From NCBI GenBank assembly GCA_964187785.1, contig CAXLNC010000137.1, forward strand, positions 1-64,000: 64,000 nucleotides of DNA. Reading direction: 5' to 3'. The translations under genes were made by a program, and so were the position numbers. The notes under the pieces were generated by a model. That model was given only the letters and a program-made list of their open reading frames with translations. It was not told the origin of the DNA and searched no databases. The DNA is from Amphiscolops sp. MND2022 (taxonomy: Eukaryota). Below are positions 41,621 to 54,425 of this stretch, piece after piece (within the stretch, counting starts at the first letter, position 1; each line of letters begins with the position of its first letter).

Positions 41621-42841
41621 CTCTCCTCCTGTGCTTCACTGAATCTTACTGAAACAAATGCTGGGTGCCCACCTGTCTCTTAGTCGGAGTGCTGAAACAG
41701 AGGGGTTTGAAAGGGGGGGGGTACAAGTGGAAAACACAAGAACCACAAAAACCAGTGATGAGTTTTCGAAGCCCCCTCTTGTGGGGTTAGCAAGGTCGAT
41801 TTGTCATTTTGCGTTTTCCCTTGTTTTACAGTGTTGGGGGGTCCCAAGATACTCAGATGTTGGGAAAAGAGCACAAACAGTGTCATTGTCACACCCTTTA
41901 TTGTTCGCCCCAGATGCTAGTAAAAACAAGGACTTGAGAGCAATGTCCCCATATGATAGGCAAAGCACGGGCAAAACGACAAATTGACCCCATTTTGCCC
42001 ATGTACAGCCCCCTCTTTCAGAATGCTGCAAATTTCTATGTTTCGAGTGGGCACGGGAGCGACGAGATGAACTCTTTGGAAAGACACCCTCTTCTCAAGC
42101 CTCCTTCTTTCGTCACTGGAACTCGGCTTCACCGTGCGGGAGGCGCGTGGCTACGATGTGATTCTGGTCTCTCTTCATGATGCTTGGGCCAAAGCAAGGC
42201 TCACCACTCTTTGAGCCTGCATTCGTTGACTCCACAAACGTCCAATCCCAGGATTGGAAAGGCAAGGTTCAAGCTGTAACAAAGCCTTTTGCTCCGACTT
42301 CAGGGGAAATAAAAGTATCTACCTCCACCATAGCGGCCCTCTTCTCGAAAATGGCCTTGACAAGCGAGAGAATCGCTATGGTCGATATGGTTTTGCTAGT
42401 TTTTTCAGCATTCCATATCTAACGTAGGGGTGGACGGAGCCAGAGCTTCACTCTGAAGATTTTCTTTTCTTGCTCTCTGGGTGGTGGTGGTAGATATTTT
42501 CTGTTCCCTGGACTTGCCAAGTCTCACCTGTAACGTAGCTTCTGCGGTGGTTTTGACAAGAGCTACTTTGAAGGACATGTGATTCGTTGCTTCGATCAAA
42601 AACTTCATTTTGTAAAAACATGCCACAAAACTTGAGAGAGATGGGAAAATTGACACATTTGACAAGGGCACTACCATCTTTTCATATTAAGACTGGCTGA
42701 CTTAATGGCCACCAACAATCATGACATTGCATCAGTGTCATCACGCGAACAAGCATTCCAAACATGTCTTGAATAGACCCCAATCATGATTTCCACTGAC
42801 TTTTGCACATCCTTGCTTTTCATAGGCTGGTTGCTGGAGCA

Positions 42842-43060
42842 TGCTACTTTTTCTTTGCTTACAGCTGTAAGCTTCCTACTTCCAGTTGTTTTGTTCTGGG
42901 AAGCTCTTTGCTTACTATTGGGGCTTTCATGCTTAACAGTTGGAGCGTTTTTGACTTACAATTGAAGCTTTGTTGTTTGCAGTGCGACTATCTGTGTCTG
43001 AGCATCTAAAAGGACTGCAAGCAAAAAGGCTCCACTGTAAGCAAAATTGCGCCAACTGTA
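42842..43060. repeat. GCTTACAG/AAGCTT-type interspersed repeat (related copy about 54100-54290)
   Basis: Two similar copies; ends approximate. Confidence 0.55.
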
Positions 43061-46040
43061 AGAAAAAAGAGCCGCTTCCCCCCCCCCTGCTTCTTGATGG
43101 TGCATGCGGCATGAAAACCCAACAAGAGCGAGAGCGAACAAATCAAGGCAAGCGGCCCAGGCCTGGGGTGGATTTTCAATCCTGGGTTCCTCTGGGCCAG
43201 AGGCCTTCCGAAGATCACACTCGGACACGGAATTACAACAACAATAACTCCTTCAGAATTATATAGGGCGCACGCCTAAGAGGGCGTACTCTCCAAGGGG
43301 GCGTGCTAGGCACCTTCTGGAAACCCCCTCCTCAGAACCCCTTCTGAACCCTTCTCAGAACCCTTTCCTACTGTAAAACCCATAGCAGACCACCTTCTCA
43401 GAACCCTCCTGAGAACCCTTCCCCAGAACCCTTTCCAGAAAACTCAGAACCCTTCTTAGAAGCTGTTGCCGTAACCCCCCCCCCCTAGGCGGGCGCACCA
43501 TTATACCTCGAGATAGCAAGACCATCGGGAAAGGATAAATGTTTTTCAGCAGTTCTTGGGCTCTCTAGAATGTCTGGAACATCTAGAATCTCTGGAATCT
43601 CAAGAAATCATGCATAGTAACAGATGCACTTCTGGCAAATGGATGTTTCCAAGCTCTTTTCGTAAGCAAAGTTTTTTGGTCAGAGTTCACAGCATTTTGG
43701 AGATTGAATTGGGAGCGAAAACAACAAACAAAGACAAAACGATATTAACAAGGTTTTTGGGGGGGATTTTGTTTATGTGCCTTTTTTCCCATATGGAATG
43801 ACCCCCAGAAAAACACATAAACAAATTTTTGCCACCCACCCACTCCCGGGACAATCCCGCAACTTTGTTTTATGTTTATGTGTTGGTAGTGTTTAAGGCA
43901 CAGCTCACCTAGAGCCTTTGTCGAGTGCCGGTTTTGGCCCTTAAGTGCCGGTTTGATATTCTTGATTCATTTTTAATCCTTTCTTTGTGCCGGTTTTGCT
44001 CTCTTAAGTGCCGGTTCTTCGAGAGAAAAAAAGAAAAGAGAGAAAATCAATGAAAAAAAACGAAAAAAAATCAAGATTCCTGGGAAAGGCTCTCCAAGCT
44101 GTGACTTAAATAATACTAATTTTTATGTGTGTTTTTTCTTTCCCCCCGATTGAACTTTCTTGTGCTGCTTGGAAGGGAGCCAGACTTCCGGAGACCTTGC
44201 GGGATCTCACTGGACTTCTCAGAACTTCCCAGAAGCTCCCTCCCACTTTCCCCTACGAACCTGTTCTCTGACTGTAGATTTGAGTTTCATTGGGGGTTTT
44301 TCAGTGTCTTGAAGGGGGGGGAAAAGACCCCTTAAACCCCCAAGATTTCAGCCTTACTAAGAAAACGGCCCGTTTACTAAGGGCCAATTTCATCCTTACT
44401 AAGGACCGAAAACGGCCCCTACTACAGACATTTTCGTGGTAAAAATAAAAATGCACAGGGAGGGGTCTTGTAGTAAAGCGGCCGGGGGGTCCTTAGTAAA
44501 TTCCAGATGCTGAATCTTGTCTTGGGGGTGGGGGTCTTTTCCCTTCTTCCAAGCAAAGGGAGGTTTTGATCAGAAAAAACCTCGTTTCCATAAAATTGTT
44601 TGCCTGCAATTCTGGGGCCAGAAGTGGCTGCGCTAATTTCATGGGCGCCTGGAAAAATTGCGCTCTTTCTGCAAGAAAACCTCCATGCCTGTAAAATTCC
44701 TCGTTTTAGGGGGGGGGGAGGGGGCGTGGGGATTTTTCTGATTTGAGAGGGGGGGTGAGGAAATCTCAATAATGGGGTCGTGCGCGCACTGGTTGCAAAA
44801 ATGAATTTGGCGCTTTTTGTGCAGGAGTACTTTTTGTTGAATTCGATATACACTTTCAGATTTTCACAGGGATTCGACGCAACAAAAAAAACGCAACCTG
44901 TGCGCGCACGACCCCAGTTATTGAGATTTCCCCCCCTCTCAAAACCCCCTTTGAAACCCCCTAATTTGAGGGCAGCCCAAGAGTTCCCCCAGAAGTTCCC
45001 CAGGGCTTCCAGAAGTGACAAAATCTCCCCCAAGGTTGTCATTGCCACACGAATCAATGTGAAATTACAGTCAGCCCCAGCAGAATTACCGAAATAACTA
45101 TTTTAGGGCGGGCCGAAGTTGGTAAACATTGCCTAAACCATTCCCGGAACAGCCCCTGGTCGCTAAACAGGATGTCGGTAATTTGCACTTCATATACTGG
45201 AAAGACTTTCGAAGTCAAAGTTGCCGAAAATAATTTGAGGGAGGCTCGATGTCGGTCATTCACTACCTGATTAACTGCTGAAACAAATGTCCAGTCGGTG
45301 ATTTTGGCGGTGCGGACTGCGATTCTCGCGAAATAACCTGTCGCTTTCGCTTTCGTAGTGATATGGATGAACGCAGATAGTCTTTCGCATTCAGGCTTAC
45401 ATGTGAACCATAGATCCCACATGCCTTTGTGAAAGATCATTCACCTAGACTTTTACTTTAGCAATTCAGAACCTAATGAGTTCGAAAGATGAACTATTTC
45501 GCTTCGCGCAGATTTTGTGACAATGGTAACCTTGGTTGTCAAAAGCCCAGACCCCATTTGTTCCCGGAAATTCCCCTGAATTGTCCTTAATTTCCCCTTT
45601 ACTTTTCCTTTAATTCCCCTTAAATGTCCCTTAATTTTCCCATAATCTTCCTAAAGTTCACCTTAAGTTTCCTTTAATTCACCTTGCATTTCCCTTAAAC
45701 TTCCTTAAATTTCACAAGAGTGATTTTACGCCAAACTTTCTGGGAACAAAGGAGGTCTGGAGCTTTTGACATGAAAGTAACCCTTCTATCTGGGAAACTT
45801 GACACTCTTTAGTGACTCACCAAGAGCCCCTCTGAATGTGATGGCTGGAGTCTGGACCCTCACCCCCCAAATTTACTGAATTTACATCGAAACATATGTT
45901 ACATGTAGCATTGTTAAATCGGAGCCCCCAATTTGGGGTCGGCAGAAGGGGGTCACCCCGATTTGTTCCGGTTTGTTCTGATTTCTCCGTTTTCTTCCGA
46001 TTTGTTCCGATTTGCGCTCCTTGTTTTCTTCCGATTTGTT

Positions 46041-46240
46041 NNNNNNNNNNNNNNNNNNNNNNNNNNNNNNNNNNNNNNNNNNNNNNNNNNNNNNNNNNNN
46101 NNNNNNNNNNNNNNNNNNNNNNNNNNNNNNNNNNNNNNNNNNNNNNNNNNNNNNNNNNNNNNNNNNNNNNNNNNNNNNNNNNNNNNNNNNNNNNNNNNNN
46201 NNNNNNNNNNNNNNNNNNNNNNNNNNNNNNNNNNNNNNNN
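46041..46240. other. Assembly gap (N run) hiding the 3' end of the LINE
   Basis: Run of N. Confidence 1.
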
Positions 46241-49200
46241 TCTCTGTTCCATGGTGACCTGCATGTGGGTGCGCTTGCTGTATTCCGCAATGATATCTCT
46301 GACGCCGTTGTGTCTGAAGATGCCGCCGACATGTCGGCAGGTGGCGCCATGGCGGTTGCATTGATCCAGTGCTTGGGGCGCCGCCCCCGCCGTCTCACAT
46401 GCTCTGCAAGTAGTGCCAGGCTCATGCAGTTGTAGTGCCAGCCGCCTGCGGCACCCATAGCGCATGGCTTCGTTGGAGACAGTAAGCGCTGTGCTGGTGG
46501 GCATAGCATGCAGCCACGCACCAGCCATGGCGTTGTGTAGCAGATCTGCTTCATCATGTCCATGTGCATGTATGTCAACGGCCTGTGCCAGTGCTTCATG
46601 TTGGCTACGCTCCGTGCGAATGGCTGAGAGAGTGGTGAGGTGAAGAACGCGTCTCAGCTTTTTCGCCAGGGTTTTGCCGGTGATGTCGCACGGCTTTCGG
46701 TCCAAGTCCACATTGGGCACATTGGTACGTCCGACCAGGCCCTGCAGCTGGTGCCATAGGGTTGATTGCTCCATTTCGCATTGGCTGCTGAGCTCAGATG
46801 CCACTGCAGCATGTTCTCGACTCATGGTGTAGAGCGCGCTCGTCCGAATGATGGGTCCTTGCTGCTGCCAGTTCGGGAGACCCAGCCCGCCCATATGAGG
46901 TGGGAGAGATGCCACCTGCCACTGAGCCGCCGTTAGCCTTTCTTCCTGCAGCCATGTAGACATTAGTCGCTGACTCGTCTGCTGCAATTCCTCCTGCATC
47001 TCTGCTAGCTGCTCCTGCGAATAGCAGCGCTGCAAGTGCATGACTTTAGCCGGATAGACTGCTTTCAGGAGGGTCATCGCTACCTGCAAGGTTGGTCGGC
47101 TACTTGCGTCACCAATGGAGACAAGGTCTTGTAGAAGCTGCATTTCTTGCGTCAGCGTCCTCGTTTTGCTGCGTAGCCATTCTTCAAGGAACGCTGCCGA
47201 GCCGATGGCCAGCTCTTCATCTGTGCCCACTCGTGTAGGTAGTCCGCATATGACTAATCCCTCTCTGAGCACCTGGCCCCGGTGCTGCCACAATGAGGTC
47301 GGCAACGTTTGCGGGTTGCTTTGGCCCCACCATGCCTTGCACTTGGCATAGTTGAGACTCAGGCCTAGACTTTGCATGGCTGACTGCAAGGCTTGGAAGA
47401 TGTCTTCATAGTCTTCCACAGGGGCGTCTAACACTATGTCATCCATGTAGGCATATGCTTGCAGTGTCGGGCATTGTTGACATAGCTCTTCAAGCATGCA
47501 AGCTATGGTAAGGCCAAAGATACAGCTGGACAACGCATCTCCTGTGCCAGCCCATCGCGGCTCTCAAGACTGTGAGTGCAACGTTCAGGCTTGTTGCTCC
47601 ACAGTATGGTAGTTGCCTGCCTAAGATATGTGGAGAGCCATGCATGCCACTTGTCTTTCTCCTGGCAGCTGCCAAAGACTAGGTATTTGGTGAGGAGCCG
47701 CCATGTCTCCTCACGCCGCAACGTGCCGAAAGCGTTCTTCATGTCGAGCTGTAATAGTCCTCTGCCTTCTTGCTTCATGGTTTTGTCCATTTGCAATGCC
47801 ATGGCCGCGGCACCGCTGCTGGTGCCAAGAGCGTATTGTCTCTGCCTTATGTGCTGTGGCATGCGGTCCAGGAGCGGGGTCTTCAACTGCAATGCTAGCA
47901 GTTTCTGGAAGATGCTCCCTATCAGTATGGGTCGCACGCCCGAGCCCGGCTTGGGCAGTATGACAGCTCTTGCCATATGCATGAAGGTCTTGACAGCGCT
48001 GTCAGCTGGGATGCCGAAGGCTACGCGGTTGAGCTGAGCCTGAAGCAAGCGCAGATGCTTGTTGTCGTGGAAGACCTGTTGGAGGCTTTCAGAGCACCAG
48101 CCTCCTGCATCCGCTCCCTTCCGCAGTTTGAGCTGTTTGATGGCCTTCTTGAGGTTAAGTTGGCAGGGGGCTTCCATGGCCATGGGTATGGAGGGTAGTG
48201 CGTCAACACTATCTCCTCTCGGCTTGAGTAATTGGCTAGTATCAGCCCATGCTTGTGGCATGTGCAGCGGTGCACCGCCCTGCAAGAGTTGTTTCCAGGC
48301 CTTGCCAATGCCCTCCCCATGTGACGCTGCATGTAGTAGTCGCTCCAGGTGGGCATCGCCAAAGGTATGTCCCACCGCTGGCAGCGGCTGTGCTATCTCC
48401 CAGTTGGCCGCCGCCAGGGCTTCCCCATGGAGTTGCGTCCATTGTCCGGCCAGCGCTAGCCGAATGCGTTCTGCTATGATGCGGCTCTTCACCTTTGGGT
48501 TGGTCTCTTCTTTGCTTGCCGCATGCCAAAGGATGAGCTTGGGTAGCATCATGAGGTGCGCAAAGTGTAGATCGTCCTGCTCTAGGAGGAGCTTTGCCAA
48601 TCCCTGCATGGCTATGAGACTATCTTGGCTGAGGGTGCGCCAGCACGATATGGGGTGCGCTGCGAGCTCTTGGAGCCGTTCCCATGTGAGCAGGCTGCCA
48701 AGATGCAGATGCTGTTCTTGAGACTGTGCTGGCTCCGCCGTCGGTAGTACCGGAGCATGTTGCATCTGCGCTATCTTTTCCTCCACCACCTGTTTGCTTT
48801 CATCCAGGATTTTGTGACCATGTACTTGACACCAATGCTCCAACGCTTCCGATGCGCTCTTGCGATTGCTGCTAGACCATCTGGGCTGTGCGCTGACTTG
48901 CCATCGCCACTGCTTGGTTTGTGCGACATAGTTGGGCACAAGCCAAGCCGGTGCAGGTGCTTCTTGTTCTGGCAGCTGCCTATAGACTTGGAATCGCTGA
49001 GCCGGGATGGCTGTACTATCCATGTTCTGCAATGGCGTCGCCCCTATATCAGGCGTGCTGGCTTGCCCAGTCGCCGCTGGGTTTGCTGGTGTTCGTCTGG
49101 GGGGTGTCGTGGATGATGAGCTGCCAGATGTAGAGCTGGTAGAGCTGGCAGCCGTATCACTGCGACAGAAGGGTGGGCTCGATTTGCCTCGTACTCTTCT

Positions 49201-49419
49201 TTTATTGCTCGGTTCAGCATTGTCCAGGTCTGCCGGTCCCGGATTTGTTGCTTCTCCAATCCTGCACCCGCGCATGGGCCAGCCATGGGTCGCCTCGCCC
49301 CGCTGATAGCATGACACTGGCAGTGTCGTTGTGGCGCAGCTGCGTTTTGAGGCTGCTGAGCTGACAATTGCTCGCTGTGTGTTGTCTTGCTTCTGCTGGT
49401 AAGCCCAGGACGCCACCAC
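46241..49419 (-). pseudogene. pol: LINE ORF2 reverse transcriptase, split by one 1-bp deletion at about 47541
   Basis: ILPKPGSGVRPILIG, QYALG, LQLDMKNAFGTL, LAQ[G]DALSS, AYMDDIVL (YMDD at 47438-47449), GLSLNYAKC, LPPHMGGLGL, CRAC...HGATC...RHNGVRD. Confidence 0.9.
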
Positions 49420-49738
49420 AGTTGCCTCGCCGGGCTGGGTGGCTGCCGACCTGTCAAAGCATCAATCGTTGCATGCTGGCTAGGCAGTGTGCTGGGCATG
49501 TGATGTGGGCTGGGTTCTCGAGGTGTAGCAAGTTGCAAACAGATCGAACGTTGCAAGTCTGCATGTGGTCTTGTCTGATACTGCCTGTGAACTTGACTGC
49601 TGGCTTGCACTCCTTTTCCCAACCGAGCGGGGAGGTCGCGATCACGGCGTTGAGTCTGGCCATGGCATTCCTTATCTAGGCGGCCCAAGCGCTCATCCGC
49701 ATGATACTTTGGGGCATGGACGCGTGCCATTGGCCCTC

Positions 49739-51049
49739 TCATAGTGTGCCTTCTTTGTGCAGGGTCTCGCGCCCTTGGGTATTTGGTCGTTTGCGCGAGC
49801 GTTTCTTGGAACTGCTGCCCTTGCTGCGTGACCGCTTCTTTTTCTGCCTCTGCACCGATGCCTCGCGGCTGGCTGTGCCCTCTGACGGCGCCTGTTTGCG
49901 CGCATGACTGTGGCTGGACATCAGCCAATCCAGCACAGCCTGTGGGACTGGTTCGTCTGCTGCTGTGGTTGGGAAGCTTTCCTGCTTCAGGGCTGTCAGT
50001 ACAGCCGCCTGCGCTTTCTCCAGCTTTTTCTGCATGGCTCCCAGGGCTCGCTCCTTCTTTTGCCATTCTGCCTGCGCTGCATCGAGTCGCTCCTTGCTCT
50101 CTGCAGCTGCTAGCGCCGCTTTTTCCACCACCATCGTGAGCGCCGCCGCCTCGTTCTGTGCCCTTTGAAGCAGCGTGGAGCTGCCTGTGCTCGACTGCGC
50201 TTGTGAGCTGCTGCCGCCTTCCGACGGTAGGCCTGTTGTGGCTACTGCCTTGACATCGTGTGCATGTGGCAACGGCGGCGGTGACATGGCTGTGCCCTTG
50301 CCCGTTGGCCTGCTGGGACTTTTGGGCTTGGCGCTTCGGCTTCGCACCTGCACACCCGTAGCTGGAGTTTGCGGAGTGGGGAAAGTGGCCTCTGCCAGTG
50401 ATGGGACACGGAGGTCGCCGCCTTTTGCCTTGCTCCCAGCATCCGCCGTCTGCTGCACCGGGGTGTCGCTGCCACTGGGTGTGGTGTTGCCCTGGTGCTT
50501 CCCTTCCTCGCTTTGAGAATCGCTGGAGCTGCTGTGGTCGCTTGCTGCTCCCTCGTCTGCCGTGTCGGAGGGTTCTCCATCGTCGCAAGCTGTGTCCTGC
50601 TCGCTTGCGTGCGTCTCTGCGCTTTCCAGCCGTGTCCGAACCCCAGCCCTGCAGTCTGTTCAAGTATCCACTAGTGAGGGTACCTCTTGTGCTGGCGTGC
50701 GCCAGTCCGGGAAGGGGTGTCCACTGCAATGTAGCCATCCTCTGCCATGTCCGCATCTCCTGCATCGGTCTCTTTTGCGGTCTCCTTCTAGGAAGGTGGC
50801 AGTGGCGCATTTCTCGCATATCCATTCTGGGATTCGTCGCTTGCTTGATCGACGAGCTTTCTCCCATTTGGCGCGCTGCTCGTTCCAGCGAAGCCACCAC
50901 ACCTCCTCTGCGCTGCGTTCCCCCGCAGCATGAGTGGGCTGGTGTTCCTGTGCTGGGGCATCTGCTGCCGCTTGCTCCTCCGCTGTTACCTGCGCATCCT
51001 CTTGCTTGGGCGCCGCCTGAGCAGACTGCTGTGCATCGTTTGCTGCCAT
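49739..51049 (-). pseudogene. LINE ORF1b: RanBP2-like zinc finger, acidic stretch, coiled coil and basic tail; one in-frame TGA at 50660-50662
   Basis: EWICEKCATATFLEGDRKRDRCRRC; track ORFs 50660-51049 and 49739-50458 are in the same frame with no other stop between them. Confidence 0.55.
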
Positions 51050-51439
51050 GCGTGCGATGGCCTGACCCGTCCTGCTGAGGAGGTGGGTCGTGAACGCCCT
51101 TGCTACTAGTGCTTGTCAGCGCGGGGCTTGAGCCGAGCAGCTGTTGCGTTCTTGTATGCCAATACACGAGGTTTGCATCACTTCCATGCGACCCATGTGC
51201 TCCTGCTGGGTGAGAGATGTGTCCTGCCTGCGATAAGCTGAAGGCAAGTGTCCTCCAGACGTGCGATGGGGCATTCCATCCACGTGCCATGTGTGCCCGC
51301 ATGACAGGCTGCTTACATGCTCGGCACATGTGCTGTGTTGTGTCGATAGCTTTCCGCTGAATGCATGCTGATGCTGTGCTATTGGCTTGCATGCATGCAT
51401 GTGACCTGCGTGTGTTCATGTTGGTGTTTGTGCACTCCC

Positions 51440-52511
51440 GGCACTGTGTCTGCTCCTTTGCTGGTGGCGGTAGCACTGGTGGCGGGACATCTTTGCCATC
51501 CATGGGTGGCGGTTTTAAGATGTTGGCCGTGAGAGCTGCCAAGTGTTGCCGGATAAAGTAGGCGACTTCGGCTTCGGACACTTCCTTTCCTGCCGCCGTC
51601 GCCGTGCGCAATGCAGCCGACAATGCCGTGGTGATTCCAGCAGCTGCCGAATCCAATGCTGGTCTTGGCACCGTGAGATCTGCCGTCTGCACGACAGCCG
51701 CTTTGGCTTTGTCGAGCTCGGCCATAGCCTCCTTCTCCTGTGTGACAAGTTGCGCCAGGTCGGCCTTGGCCTGTTGTAACTGTCCTTGCAGGTCCTTGAT
51801 GTGGTCCTCTTGCTTGACCTTGGCAGCTGTGGCACGTTTCAGTTTCTGTGCCGTTTGATCGAGACGCCGCCCATCTGGCTTCTGCTCCTGAATGGCTTGT
51901 CGTACCGCTAGGAGAGTGCGTTGGATGTCGGGCAACTCTTCGAGGCCGGCTTCTTTGCATTTGGCCTCCGCCTGCTCCAGCTTGACAACCTTGTCTTTGA
52001 GCTGCGCGATTGTGAGATCCGCCAGGGCCGGATCCTTGTCCGGTGGCGGCGGTGTTTTGACTGCGATGGCAGTGCGAGGAGCAGCTTCCACAGCAGCTGG
52101 CTTGGGCATTGTGACTGGCGTGGGCAGTTCCTCCGCTCCGCTTTTGATGCTGGCTTGGGCCTGTGTCCAACTGACAGAACGGCCCGCTGGCTGGGCTGCA
52201 CCCGGCCATAATACCCACCCCTTCTTGTGCTGGCATGAGCGGCAGCTGTCGTTCTTGGGAAAGGAGGTGCAGCCACAGGCTGCGCACAGAATCTCGGCCT
52301 TCTTGTTGCGCTTCTGTGCTGCCAATGCCTTGTTCCAGTTGGCTGCGAATGAATCTGAACCCTTGCCCTTGCCAGACGAGGTCCCTTTTCCCGATCGCTC
52401 TGCTCCCTTGCCCGATGAGGAAGCATAGTAGTGGCCAGACGGCGGCGCGTCTTCTATGATGCTGCGAATGGCCTGCATCTGGGCTGCTGGTGTGCGCCCT
52501 CGCCATGGCAT
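51440..52511 (-). CDS. LINE ORF1a: RanBP2-like zinc finger plus coiled coil (recognisable 5' part of the 1155-aa ORF 49044-52511)
   Basis: ATG at 52511; GKGKG; ILCAACGCTSFPKNDSCRSC; long heptad region; downstream translation in this frame is unrecognisable. Confidence 0.65.
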
Positions 52512-52744
52512 GCTGTCTTGGCTGTGATAATGTGTATACCGACACTTGCTCCCAATAGCAAGGGTCTCCGCCCCTTTCTAGTTTTTGCAGGCAGCAAAGT
52601 GCTGCGTTGGCAGGACTGCTTGCTCCCAATAGCAATGGTCTCCGCCCTGTGTCTGCAATTCGACTGTGGCAATCTGCAAGTAGCGTAGGCAAGGCCCCAC
52701 CCTGCTACACTAGCCGCGCCGCTCCCTGCTTGGTCACCGCCAAG

Positions 52745-52761
52745 CTTGCAACCAAAATGGC
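52745..52761 (-). other. Relict dinoflagellate spliced leader (GCCATTTTGGTTGCAAG)
   Basis: Matches the last 16 nt of DinoSL (GCCATTTTGGCTCAAG) with one substitution and one insertion; lies exactly at the LINE 5' boundary. Confidence 0.7.
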
Positions 52762-52762
52762 C

Positions 52763-52912
52763 TTTCTTCTTCTTCTTCTTCTTCTTCTTCTTCTTCTTCT
52801 TCTTCTTCTTCTTCTTCTTCTTCTTCTTCTCTTCTTTTGTTGCTGTCTTCATTTTCTTCTTTTTCTTCTTGTTCTTCTTCTTCTTCTTCTTCTTCACCTT
52901 CTTTCTTCTTCT
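52763..52912. repeat. Imperfect (TTC)n/(GAA)n microsatellite of about 150 bp
   Basis: Long TTC run with a few interruptions. Confidence 0.95.
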
Positions 52913-54425
52913 TGAATGTTTTCGATGCCTCTCTTGGCTGTGGTGACTGGGGAGAAGGGAAGAAATTGGAAGACTTGTTTACTTATTCAGCGCTTCAAAA
53001 GAGGGGAATTTGGTCCCCTGATTTTGCTTGTGGGCGCTGGGTGTGACGTGGCTTGGGGTGTCGAAATACTAGAAAATAAGGGGTTTCGGGCAAATGGCGC
53101 TTTTGGGGCCGGAACGCGGGCAGCCGGGAGCAGGAATTTTTGTGACCCGAAAAGGTGTAAACACGGGGAGAAAACGGGGAGGGAATTCCGGCCACACGAT
53201 TTGCCCCCCGTGATTGGCTATTTTTGGGCGCCTTTTTTTGCACATTTTTTGAAAACCCCCAAAAAACGTAACATACATCGTGAGGGAAAGCGGCGGGGGA
53301 ACGGAAAATCTGTGAACCGAAAAAACGGGAAAACACTACAAAAATAGGGGTTTTAAGACCGTCCTTAGTTGGGAGTGGGCCTGAGGAGCCAAGAAAAAAA
53401 AAACGAGCAGAACCGAAAAGGGGATTTTGTACAAAATCCCCCCACCAAAACGACGTCAGATAGTGGAACTCTCTGCAGGATGGTTTTTTGGTGTTTTTGG
53501 GGCTTCCCGAAAAAAAGGCCCGAAACTTCGCGAAACCACTATAAAAACAGTGGTTTCGGAGAAATTTCGGTGACTGTTTCCAAGGGCGTTTTCGAGAGGG
53601 ACGATTCACGAGGGGATTTGGTCCCCGAAGCAGGGGGATTTGGTCTCGCAAAACCCTTCAGTTCCAACCAGTCTTTTTTCCTGAATTCCCCTAGCTAAAA
53701 TGCTCGGTTCTGCAGTGGGAAGCGTTTCTGGGACCAAATCACCACCTCTAGGGGACCAAATCCCCTTCCTACAGCATATATATATATATATGTCCATCCA
53801 AAACGTCCACCAAGTTGTCAAATCTAAGGAGTCCCATACTGGAATTCCTCGAGAACAAGCGCACCTGAGAAAATCAAACCCCCCAGAAAATCGCCAGAAA
53901 ACTGGACCTTTCCGAGCCTTGCCTTTTGCAATGCACCCAGTTTGCACACTGTTCATGGGAGTCTCAGTTGCCGTCAACATCTGCCAGAAAACCCTTCAAG
54001 TTCTCTTCACAGGTGTTGGCATCATCATGTCAGCAAGCATGTTCTCCAGGAAGGAGCATTGAGAAACTTTTCCCTGACAAGAATGACCAGAAATCTCTGG
54101 ATGCAACTTTTTGCTTACAATCGGAAGCTTCCTGCTTACAGTTCAGCTTCTTTGCTTACAATTTTTTGAGCTATTTGACTTACAATTGAACCTTATTGAC
54201 TTACAGTCTGCGCACCTAAATGGACTGAAAGCAAAAAAATCAGCTGGAAGCAAACAAGCTTCAACTGTAGGTTCAAAAGCTTCCCCCCAGAAAAACGACC
54301 CCAACAACTACCAGAAATAACTTCCCGGTGATGCTTGGCTTATGAGACACAAGACTCAGTCACAAGTCCTTGTCAAACTCTGCCTGTGGCATGCCGCCAT
54401 GACTCTCACAAGTGAATTCTGAGAG

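Larger units (their letters stand above)
46241..52761 (-). mobile_element. Non-LTR retrotransposon of the CRE/NeSL-like (restriction-like endonuclease) type, near full length
   Basis: Complete RT motif series, C-terminal C-x2-C...H-x3-C...RHNxxRD motif, no APE domain; upstream zinc-finger/coiled-coil ORFs; 5' end at a spliced-leader relict; 3' end in the gap. Confidence 0.9.

Noticed and set aside
52454-53046. Poly-Lys, poly-Leu, poly-Phe and poly-Ser ORFs
   Set aside because: Translations of the (TTC)n microsatellite.
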